Source of the DNA: Chrysomallon squamiferum
Taxonomy: Eukaryota; Animalia; Mollusca
DNA length: 64,000 nt
NCBI GenBank assembly: GCA_012295275.1
Contig: CM022667.1
Span: 868,001-932,000, forward strand
Direction of reading: 5' to 3'
The notes under the pieces are model-generated. The model saw nothing but the letters and a program-made list of their open reading frames with translations. It had not been told where the DNA came from and ran no database searches. Each line of letters opens with the position of its first letter. Within the stretch, counting starts at the first letter, position 1. A program made the translations under genes and the position numbers. Shown piece by piece: positions 42,261-52,710 of the stretch.

Positions 42261-43501
42261 CAGGCTCCATCGGTGTCTATGGAGTGTGGAGAAGGAGAGC
42301 TGCACTGTCCAGTGTGTAACAAGTCCTTCCTCTGCCAGTCCGGTCTCGACTCCCACCTCGACACCCACGCAGACTCTCCCATCAGCTGCAGCGCATGCAG
42401 CGTGGTCCTGCCCAACCCTCGAAGTCTGGCAGAGCACAAAGCCAAAGAACACTCGTCATCGAGCGGAGCTGCTCAGCAGAGCCCGGCGAAGCCTGATCCC
42501 GAGAACGACAGCAAAGTCTCGTCTGGCTTCTTCGACTTGAACTTCGTCAACTTCTCGGTCAGCAAGTTCCCGCTGATCGCCAAGTCGTGGTGCGAGAGGA
42601 AACAGTCGCCAGGCCAACAGCGTCTACCACCACTTTGTCTGCCGGTTCTGCAGCAAGGCCTTCCCGTGCAAGAGTGCGCTCTTCCTGCACATGTTCATCC
42701 ACAACAGGCAGCAGCTGAGCACCTGTCCCTTCTGCGACTGCGATTTCATTGGGGGAGCCATCCTTCACACGCACATGCTGAAGCACATGTCGGACACGGC
42801 CATTTCCGAGGCAGCACCCACCATGCCGCACGACATAGGGAAGGACCACTTCTTGGCCAGCCTGGGCATTGCAGCCAAGAGTAATCTGGAGGCAGTGTCT
42901 CAAGTAGACGACGCTCTGTCTGAAAACTCCTGCTGGCTGTCTAATCTGGAGAAACGAGACAACGTGGAGTATTTCGGTAAGCTTGGACAGTGCTACATTC
43001 CAGGAGGTCAGATCGACGTGCAGCAAGGGAGTCCAGCTCTTCTTGGTGCTGAAACAGGTCCTCTGAATGTGGTTTCATCAGCAGCATCAGCAGCAGCTGA
43101 AGGAGGTGGTAAAGAGTTGTTCCTGAAGGACTTCTCCGACTTCAGAAACATGGTCTATCTTCAAGCAGTAGCCGATGGTCTTCCGAAAGAAGGAATTGTC
43201 CCAGTGTGGACCCCGCCCGCTCTGTACCCCAGCTTTGCAGCCTGTCTATCTGTCCCACAATTCCCTGCCAGTCTTCTGCCCAGTTCCCTGAATCCCGCCA
43301 AAGATTCCCTGACCATGGCTGTACCGTCTGGTATCCACGGCGACAGTCCGATGCTGACAAGTGACGAAGGTCAGAACGTTGGAAGGGAAGCTGTGATGGA
43401 TGGGAGTCTGGTGAAGAAAGAGGGAACAGAGATCAGTTCTAAGGACGTGTTTCCTTGTAAATTCTGTGATATGGTTTTCAGCAACTATCGTGCTCTGAAA
43501 G
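42261..43501 (+). CDS. RREB1: RREB1 exon 6, zinc fingers 4-7 and start of 8; contains a +1 frame break near 42600
   Basis: Tandem acceptor ttgcag|cag. The frame of ORF 42222 holds to WCER (42599); the frame of ORF 42691 takes over from 42601 (NSRQANSVYHHFVCRFCSKAFP). Donor AAG|gtaact, phase 1. Confidence 0.9.
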
Positions 43502-43549
43502 GTAACTAATTTATGTAAAATAAATATAAATAGATGTGTGTATGTTATT

Positions 43550-43590
<41 letters not shown>

Positions 43591-43646
43591 TTTATGCATT
43601 GAAATGTTAGAATATTGTATACAACCTCAATGTTAAAGGTTTTTTG

Positions 43647-43722
<76 letters not shown>

Positions 43723-44218
43723 TTATATGTGGAGTGTTTTTTTTATATAATGATGATTTGGATAAAAAAAAACAGTTGTTTAAAGGAAATAATATTTACA
43801 ACAGTTTAATACAGTGTAATTTTAATCAACTGACATGACAACAAAGTTATTAAACATATACATGGAATAAAATAAATTAATGTTGCACTGTAATTTTGAC
43901 ACAGAAAACTATATCATTTGAATATATTTTTAGTTCTGTATCTGTTAGTTTTATAGTGCTGTTTACAGAAATAAAAATATTTTTAAAAAGATTTACTCAT
44001 TTTCTCTACTTGTATTGAAATAATAGTTATTATTTCTCTGTCAAGTACAAATTGTAATTAATTTTCACAGTTTGTTTTATAAGAAGACTATCTTGAAAAG
44101 GTTAGGCTTTAAATAGCATTTACAGTAAAGCTTAGATATTCCGACAGTAAGAAATATTGGAACCACCCTTTGTCAAATGAATAAATAAATAAATAAATAA
44201 ACAACAACAGAATGCAAC

Positions 44219-44258
<40 letters not shown>

Positions 44259-44759
44259 TAAATAATAATAATTTCATAAAAATAACAAAAAGAACAATTA
44301 TAATAAAAATAATAACAGTAATAAAATCTAAATAAATAATCAAAGAGAAAATACAATGTTTTAATATTCTAATACACTTCTGGCTGTTTTCTGTTTGCTC
44401 CAAGGAAAACATAGGTAAGTTGTTACATTGTTATACAGTGTTTGGCTTTGTATTGCGTCAGGTTCATTTTTGTTTGCATATAATTATTTATTTATTCTTG
44501 TATTGAACAATAAATGCACATTTAGCATGACTGCATTTTAAATTTTATTTTCATGTATTGCAGATGTATTTATTTTGTATTTTTTTCAGTTACATAAAAT
44601 GTTTTGGTTTTTAGAATAGCAAAATTAGTTAGTTTTTTATTTTATTAATTTGTTATATATATATATATCTTTGGGTTTTTGTAATATAATTATTTGTGAT
44701 CATCTCTAACATATGAATGTGTGTACAGTGTATGAATTGGATAGATATAAATAGATAGG

Positions 44760-45270
44760 TATAAATTCAAAAACTCCTTCATACACTAAGATATACCCCA
44801 TAGAACTCATATACCCCTAACAACTCAAATACTCCCTGGCAGTTCAGTTAATCACTAACAACTCAGATACCTCTTAATAACTCATATATCCCCTAATAAC
44901 TTATATACCCACTGACAATACTGAAACACACCTAACAACTCAAATACCCCCTAATAAACTCAAATATCCCATGACAACTCAGATACCCCTAATATCCGAA
45001 ATACCTCCTGACAACTCTGATTCCTATAATCACTGAAATACCAACACAGATACCTCTTAACAGCTCAAATACCCCTAACAACCTGAATAACTCAAATACC
45101 CCAAACAACTGAAATACCAACACAGATACCTCTTAACAGCTCAAATACCCCTAACAACCTGAATAACTCAAATACCACAAACAACCCAAATACCAACATA
45201 CAGATACCTGTTAACAACTCAAATATACTGACAAATCAGATAACTCAAATAATTCCTGACAACTTAATAA
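44760..45270. repeat. ~19 bp minisatellite (aacaactcaaatacccct) with a ~78 bp higher-order duplication
   Basis: Strongly C/A-skewed array. ctgaaataccaacacagatacctcttaacagctcaaatacccctaacaacctgaataactcaaatacc is repeated at about 45033 and 45110. Confidence 0.88.
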
Positions 45271-45675
45271 GAACAAACTCCATGAATAAAATGAATAAAC
45301 AATAGTTGTTCTAGCATCATGCCTTTACTTTGCATCAAAAGATATTATTATTATTATTATTATTATTATTTTGTAAAGGAAGAAAACCATATTTATTTAT
45401 ATATGTATGTAATATATTCAGCGTATGATGTATATATTTGTTACAACTGTATCATGGTTGCTGGTTTGACTGTTTTGCATTTTATTCAGTGCATTGTGTG
45501 TATGAAATTATTCACTGAGAGAAGCATCAGCATGTTAGATCACACTGCAGTCACACACACACTTGCATGTCAGCAGTATTTAAACACATTCTAAAACAAG
45601 TGTGACTCATTAGCATGGAAAATATCTCCTTGTAGACCTGTCTAAAGTTTATTATTATTATTACTATTATCATTA

Positions 45676-45737
<62 letters not shown>

Positions 45738-46474
45738 TACTTTGTAAAGGAAGATTACTATATTTCAATTTTAATTTTTAAATTATTTTTGCATGAATGT
45801 ATAATGTCTATGGGTGTTCTGTGTGTGTGTGTGTGTGTGATAATATATTTTTTATTTTTAAAGTTGTTAAAACACAATTTTGTTATAATGCACCTTTTTA
45901 GTCATTTTATTTTGTATATGCTTTTATTGTTTTTAATTTCCTTTCTTTTTTACTTTTTTTTTTTATATAAATGTTTTGGTGTGTTAAGTTAATTTGTTTA
46001 CCTTTTATAGATTCAGTAAAATTTATTTTTCAAATTATTTTAAAGCAAAATGAAGTGATCAGTATATATCTGTTACTGTTTGTTTCCAAATAATAAACAA
46101 CATTTAAACCATTTATCTATCTATTATCTATCTTTTAAAAAAAATTTAACTACAGTTTTATTATTAAATAATACATTTTTATAAAGATTAAAAAACAAGC
46201 ATTGTTTTAGATTGTCATTTTTTTAGTTTGTCAATTTTTTTTACATTATAAATTTAATAAATGTTTTACATTGCAATCATTAATGTATTAGATTGTGTGT
46301 GTGTGTGTGTGTGTGAGTGAGTGTGTGTCTCTCTCTCTTTATCTCTCTGTCTGTCTCTCATAATTTAAAAATGTTATATTATTTATTCATTGTTTTTTAA
46401 CTACAGTTTTATATTAAATAATACAATTATGCTATAAAGATTAAGAAATAAACATTAGTTATTTATTTATTTGT

Positions 46475-46527
<53 letters not shown>

Positions 46528-46578
46528 TTTTTTTTTTTTTTTGTTTACTTATTTATTTATTTATATCCCTACCCACAG

Positions 46579-46756
46579 GTCACACTCGCACGCACCTAGG
46601 ACTGTCCCCTTACAAGTGTAACTTGTGCAACTACTCCAGTGCTGACAAAAGCACACTGATCCGACATCTGCGCACTCACAATGGCGAGAGGCCGTTTCAG
46701 TGTCTGATATGTGAGTTTGCCTTCACCACTAAAGCCAACTGTGAACGTCACGTCAG
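46579..46756 (+). CDS. RREB1: RREB1 exon 7, end of finger 8, finger 9, most of finger 10 (GHTRTHLGLSPYKCNLCNYSSADKSTLIRHLRTHNGERPFQCLICEFAFTTKANCERHVR); absent from the ORF track
   Basis: Acceptor cccacag, donor CAG|gtaaag; phase 1 to phase 2; translated by hand. Confidence 0.95.
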
Positions 46757-46899
46757 GTAAAGACTAAACACTTGTTATTTAAGTTAAAAAACAGATTCAG
46801 TTCAGTCTGAGAGTTATAAACTGAAATAAAATTCAGTTCTGTTCATCATTTTTTTTTTTTTTTGTCTTCAGATGTAATTAAAGTAATTACTCTGAAGTG

Positions 46900-47285
46900 T
46901 AGGTTTGTGTCTGTGTGTGTGTGTGTGCGTGTGTGCGTGTGTGTGTGTGTGTGTCTGTGTCTATATTTATATGTGTATATGTCTGTATGTTTATGTAGGA
47001 CATGTGTCTCTGTGCAAATTTGTGTGTGTGTCTATATTTATATGTGTATATGTCTGTATGTTTATGTAGGACATGTGTCTCTGTGCAAATTTGTGTGTGT
47101 GTCTGTGTCTATATTTATATGTGTATATGTCTGTATGTTTATATAGGCCATGTGTCTCTGTGTAAATTTGTATGTGTGTGTGTGTGTGTCTATATTTATA
47201 AGTGTATATTTCTGTATGTTTATGTAGGCTATGTGCCTCTATATAAATTTCTGTTTATGTGTCTTTGTGTCTGTGTATCTCTCTG
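46900..47285. repeat. ~72-80 bp tandem repeat containing variable (TG)n (tctatatttatatgtgtatatgtctgtatgtttatgtaggacatgtgtctctgtgcaaattt)
   Basis: Four copies. Confidence 0.9.
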
Positions 47286-47363
47286 TCCTTCCACTCACTG
47301 CTTAATTAAAAAAAAAAAAAAAAAAAAAATTTAAAAAATAAATGCTGTATCCAAAAAAACCAG

Positions 47364-47761
47364 GAAGAAACACTGCAAAGTGATGAAGAAGGACATCGAG
47401 GACTGCATCGGCTACAACAAATACGTCCTCGAGTCTCCCTCCATGGTCGACTCCTTCCACTCCCCCGACACCGTCTGCAAGTACTGCGGCATCGACTTCA
47501 AGTTCTTCCGAGCACTGAAGCACCACCTGCGCTCCCACAGCAGCTGCCGCCAGAAGCCATTCCTGTGTCAGAAGTGCGAGGTCGGCTTCTCCACCAAGGC
47601 CAACTGCGTGCGACACCTGCAGAAGCAGCACCCAGAGATTTCCCAGCTTCAGATAGAGAACTGGATCCACGTCAACGAGCCCTCGCTGCTTGACGACACG
47701 GACACCTGCTACAGCGACAGCCGAGACTCGCCCAGTCCTACAGGATCCTCTGACAACACAG
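47364..47761 (+). CDS. RREB1: RREB1 exon 8, zinc fingers 11-12 (CKYCGIDFKFFRALKHHLRSH; CQKCEVGFSTKANCVRHLQKQH)
   Basis: Acceptor ccag at 47363 completes RKKH; donor CAG|gtaatt, phase 1. Confidence 0.93.
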
Positions 47762-48255
47762 GTAATTTAGTACTGATTTTTTAAAAACTCACCCTGTCCT
47801 ATAGGATCTTCTGACAACACAGGTAATTTAGTACTGATATAAAAAAAAAAAATTTAATCCTACAGAATCCTCTGACAATGCATAACAAAAAAAAAAAAAA
47901 CTCTTAATCCTACAGGATCCTCTGATAATACAGGTAATAATTTAGTACTGATAAAAAAACACTCTTAATCCTACAGGATCCTCTGATAATACAGGTAACA
48001 ATTTATTACTGATTTTTTTAAAACTCACCCAGTCCTACAGGATCCTCTGACAATACAGGTAATAATTTAGTACTGATTAATTTAGGACTGATTTTTAAAA
48101 AACTCTCCAATTCCTGTTGGATTTTCTGATGATACTGATAAGAAAAACTCATCCAGTCCTACAGGATCCTCTGACAATATAGATAATTTAGTACTGATAA
48201 GAAAAACTCACCAAGTCCTGTAGGATATATACAGTCACAATTCTACAGGATATTG
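47731..48255 (+). repeat. ~60 bp minisatellite whose first unit is the last 31 nt of exon 8 plus its splice donor
   Basis: cccagtcctacaggatcctctgacaacacaggtaatttagtactgat...aaaactca occurs in about nine variably decayed copies. Confidence 0.93.
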
Positions 48256-48395
48256 ATAAATCAAATAATGTATTGTTTTTCATACTGATATTTTAAAATA
48301 GCTTTTTCTTAAGCTCACGCACTTCTTTAGGATCAAATAGTAATATAAGGTTGTTATTATTATCTAAGTCCAGTAGGATAATGTAATGATACAAA

Positions 48396-48438
<43 letters not shown>

Positions 48439-48619
48439 AGTTAATGGTTAAACGAAGACTGTTGTAGATCTAAAAGGATCATTGTGATAATATTAAAATA
48501 TTAATGAATAAAAAAATATTATTTTGCTTTATTCCATCATATATATATATATATATATATTCTTTTTTCTTTCTTATATTTCATTTTCACTACATTTATA
48601 AATATCTGTTTACTGAAAG

Positions 48620-48835
48620 GTTTCCTCAGCCCCTCCCCCAGCCCCCCAGTGGCCCACCACGGACGACTGTTTCTCAAGCAAGAAAACCCTGTTGATGGAG
48701 GTCAGCCCCTTGATTTCAGTGTGAAGCCTTACAGCCAGGTGTCTGCTGCCTCAGCTGGTCAGCCAGTCAGCAGTGACCAGCCCATTGATCTGTCTGTGAA
48801 GAAACCACAGAGTGATTCCAGCTCACCCTGAAAAT
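48620..48835 (+). CDS. RREB1: RREB1 exon 9 with two CtBP-type motifs (PLDFS, PIDLS); in-frame TGA at 48829-48831 just before the best donor
   Basis: Acceptor aag at 48619 (phase 1) gives GFLSPSPSPPVAHHGRLFLKQENP. Donor gtacgt at 48836. The 3' boundary is uncertain. Confidence 0.78.
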
Positions 48836-48960
48836 GTACGTTTTTTATTTGTTTTCACATTATCTTATTAAGGTGTGTTTTGACGATATCCAAAAAAAAT
48901 AGTCTTATTGTATTCTTTATACTTCCAGGTTGTGTATTATTTAGTATTAGTATTAGTTGT

Positions 48961-49013
<53 letters not shown>

Positions 49014-49453
49014 ATAGCTGTAGTGGTAGTAGTTAGTAGTATGTTTTTGTTTGTTATTGTTCAATCTTAATTAGTAATGAAGTATAACAAGGAAAGAATA
49101 TAGTTTTGAAAATGTCTTGAATCACCATTTTTGTTACCTGTGTATATCAGTCTGTCTATCTTCCATCCACCCATCTATCATTTATTTATCTATCTATCCA
49201 TGATGATGATGATGATGGTGGTGATTAATCATTACTAATGTTATTATTGTTCTTATAATTACTAGTATATCATTATCATCATACTCATCATCATCATTAT
49301 CACTATTATTATTATTATTATTATTAGTTCAAAATTCAAAATTACCATAAATTTTTTATATTAATATTTTATTCAAAAAATATATTAAAAAAAATATTCT
49401 CAAATACATTTTTGTGTTTCTGTCACTAATTTATTGTTATTTTCAAATTTCAG

Positions 49454-49748
49454 TCAGCGAAACCCAAATCTGAACTGTCCTCACTTCTTGTTTCCACAAA
49501 GGACTTTGACAAGAAAACACCAGAAAAAACTTACAACAACAGACAGAAACTCACTGATCTTCTGACCTCCAGAGACAACAACAACAACAACAACAACAAC
49601 AGCCACAAGCTGTGGGGGATGACAACAGTGCTGAGCACAGCCACACCCATTATTGAGTACCCCCCAATGAACCCCAGCCTTCTAAGCCAGTCTCTTCCTG
49701 CTAGGATTGTTCCAGAAACAAAAATTCATTCAGCTTTTTTCAGAAATT
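49454..49748 (+). CDS. RREB1: RREB1 exon 10 (SAKPKSELSSLL...poly-Asn...HSAFFRN); absent from the ORF track
   Basis: Acceptor tttcag, 98 open codons plus 1 nt, donor T|gtgagt; its phase 1 end matches exon 11. Confidence 0.75.
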
Positions 49749-49764
49749 GTGAGTTAAAGAAATA

Positions 49765-50605
49765 GCATCATTTATCTTTTCTTCCTTTTTCTTTCTTTTC
49801 TTTCTTCTTATCTTCATCAACATCATCTTAGTCTTTATCAACTTCTTCTTTTTTTTCTGTTTCTTAATTTTTTCTTATTTTGATCATCATCTTTTTTAGT
49901 TTTAATCTATTTCTTCTTCATCTTCTTTCTTATCTTCATCATCATTGTCTTAGTCTTTATCTACTTCTTCTTTTTCTTCTGTTTCTTAATTTTTTCTTAT
50001 TTTGATCATCATCTTTTTTAGTTTTAATCTATTTCTTCTTTATCTTCTTTCTTATCTTCATCATCGTCTTCTTAATCTTTATTTTCTGTTTCTTCTTCTT
50101 CCTTTTCAACTTCTTAATCTTTTACCTATTTTTGCTTCTTTATTTTCCTTTTTTAACATCTTTTTTCTTTTTATTAATCATCATGATCTTCTTGTCCTTT
50201 GGTTCTTCCTATCTTCAACATCATCTTCTTAATCATTCATAATTGTAATCATCAACCCAATCTTTTTCTTCATTTTCTTATCTTCTTTATCTTATTGTCT
50301 TCTTTTTCTTCCTTCATTTAATCCTTTTTGTCATCTTCTTCTACTTTTGTCTTTTTTCTTACCTTCTTTTTGTTCTTCTTTTTGTTATCTTTTTTCTTCC
50401 TTTTCCTTCTTATCATCTTTTTTCTTCTTTTGTTTCTATCTTCTTTTTCTTCTTCCTTCTGTCCTTATCTTCTTTTTTCTTCCTTTTGTTCTTCTTCATC
50501 ATTGTCTTTCTTTTTTTTTTTTCCTTTTTTTTTTTTTTGGCCTTATTAATAATCAACAATACTTTCACTATCTTCTTCTTTTTCTTCCTTTTCTATCTGT
50601 TTTTA
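49765..50605. repeat. Pyrimidine-skewed (TCT/TTC-rich) low-complexity intron with an internal ~120 bp duplication
   Basis: ttcttatcttcatc...tcttagtctttatc...ttttgatcatcatc occurs at about 49805 and 49927. Confidence 0.8.
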
Positions 50606-50642
50606 ATAATTGTAAAAAAAATAAAAATCTATCCTGTTGCAG

Positions 50643-50959
50643 ACAATCCTGTAGACGGCACAGATTTGGCCTCAGTTAGTAATATTATCAACAACACTTC
50701 AGAAGTGAAGAGATTCCAGTCTTTCTTTCAACCAACCTGCAGCCCAGAAAACGATGCCGACAACGATGATGTTGTATCCTGCTCGTCGTCCATGGACATT
50801 CATTTTGACAGCAGATCAGTTACGCCAACCAGTCCTGCTATGAACCAGATGGAGGCCAGCAGTGGAGATAACTCTCAAGAAAAACTGGAGGTCATCATTA
50901 AAGGGGAGACAAATCCAAATGGAAGTTTGAGTCCGTATGGAAAGCAGGCAGCAAGAGAG
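50643..50959 (+). CDS. RREB1: RREB1 exon 11 (NPVDGTDLASVSNII...KQAARE)
   Basis: Acceptor gttgcag, donor GAG|gtaatt; phase 1 to phase 0. Confidence 0.85.
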
Positions 50960-51386
50960 GTAATTGCGCAAACTTTATTTGTATGAATGATAATAAAATA
51001 ATCATAGTAAAAATAATAAAATAGAATTTATCATTTTGTTTTAGTTAATGGAAAACTGTTTAAATTATTATGAAGAAAAAATACAATAAATAAATAAATA
51101 AATAACTAAACAAATAACAAGTAAGTCAATCCTTCATTATTTAATTTGTTTTTTTTGAGCTTACAGAAATATTAATTATTTACTTACTTCTGAGAAAAAA
51201 AAAATCTATTTGTTCAAATTAATGAAGAACAAAATTAATTATTGGTAAACAAATATTCATCCCATCATTATTTAAAAAAAGAAAAGAAAAAAAAGCTTTG
51301 TTTGATACCTAACTGCCACAGATATAAACATATACTAAGGTTTATTTTTCAAACAAATATTAATTAATTACTAAATCTGTGTTCAG

Positions 51387-51582
51387 GAGAAGAGATCTGA
51401 TAACACACATGACCAGAGTTCTCCAGAGGGGGGCAGTCCCGGCACCACCCAGGATTTGACCACGCCTGTGAAGAAGAAACGTAACTCCTATGCAGACTCT
51501 CCACACAAACTCAACTGTCCTTGTTGTCCCAGATCTTTTCCGTGGATTAGCTCCCTTAACAGACATCTTCTGACACACACAG
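51387..51582 (+). CDS. RREB1: RREB1 exon 12, zinc finger 13 (KKKRNSYADSPHKLNCPCCPRSFPWISSLNRHLLTHT)
   Basis: Acceptor gttcag, donor CAG|gtgagg; translated by hand. Confidence 0.93.
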
Positions 51583-51780
51583 GTGAGGAATGAAAAACAT
51601 ATATTTAGAAAAAAATCTTTACATAGTTTTTGTACAAGCCATTGTTAATAATGGTCAGTTAGATATTTAGAAGAAAATTGATTTTCTGAATATTGGTTTA
51701 TATTTAATATATATATCACCACAAAACCACCACCACAACAACCACAACAACAACAACAACAACAACAAAAAACATAAGAC

Positions 51781-51839
<59 letters not shown>

Positions 51840-51913
51840 TAACAATAACAATAACAACAATAACAATAAATTAAACCTTTTTTATTCATTATTTAAATTT
51901 ATTTATTTATCAG

Positions 51914-52087
51914 GACAAAAACCGTTCAAATGTCCTCGATGTCCAGTGACGTTTTCTACGAAATCTAACCGTGAGAGACACCTGATAAGAAAGCATGGTG
52001 TCAACATGCTGGACCCTGCCTCCAGACAGACAATGGACAGACCGTACAAGTGTCACCTCTGTGTTTTCAGCTCCTTCGCTACAGAAA
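51914..52087 (+). CDS. RREB1: RREB1 exon 13, finger 14 and start of 15 (GQKPFKCPRCPVTFSTKSNRERHLIRKH...YKCHLCVFSSFATE)
   Basis: Acceptor tatcag, donor A|gtaagc; phase 1 to phase 1. Confidence 0.93.
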
Positions 52088-52407
52088 GTAAGCTTAATTT
52101 ACCCGGATACATCAGTTACAACCAACCTGTAATCCATTTAATGTTGCATATTTATCCGCATATTAATTACCTGTGTAATACTAACTTTACTTATTATTAG
52201 ACTTGATATACATCCTGCTGGTTTAGAAGTACATTAGATTTTTAAAAATTAATTTCTAATTAATTTCTATAAGTTTTATTACAGAATCATGAGATAAATA
52301 CACATCATTTTTTTTTTTTTTTCTAAGTAAAAACATTCAGCAAACACAGGTATATTTTTTATTTTATCATAATCCAGGTAAATTAAACATTTGATTTTGC
52401 TTTTTAG

Positions 52408-52592
52408 GTAACCTACTGAAGCACTACCAAGAGAGACACAAGGGAGAGAAACCATCTGCAGAAAGTTATCTCAATTTAGAGTCGTCTCCCTCATGTACTC
52501 TCTCTGATAACGAAGGCGGTGACGATTACGATACATCACAGACACCAGGTGGCAGCACTGGTACAAACTGTTCAGATGATGAGGACAACAAA
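52408..52592 (+). CDS. RREB1: RREB1 exon 14, end of finger 15 (SNLLKHYQERH) and acidic linker; absent from the ORF track
   Basis: Acceptor tttttag, donor AAA|gtatgt. It supplies the two His residues of the finger begun in exon 13. Confidence 0.9.
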
Positions 52593-52597
52593 GTATG

Positions 52598-52710
52598 TAT
52601 ATTTCTTTATTAATTACATTTAATAATCATCTATATTTCTTTATTAATTACATTTAATAATCATCTATATTTCTTTCTTAATTACATTTAATAATCAGCT
52701 ATATTTCTTT
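52598..52710. repeat. 33 bp tandem repeat beginning immediately after the exon 14 donor
   Basis: tatatttctttattaattacatttaataatcatc, about 3.4 copies. Confidence 0.9.

Noticed and set aside
48829-48831. Selenocysteine at the in-frame TGA
   Set aside because: It lies in a low-complexity Ser/Pro linker with no redox motif, I see no SECIS-like stem in the 3' region, and RREB1 is not a known selenoprotein family.
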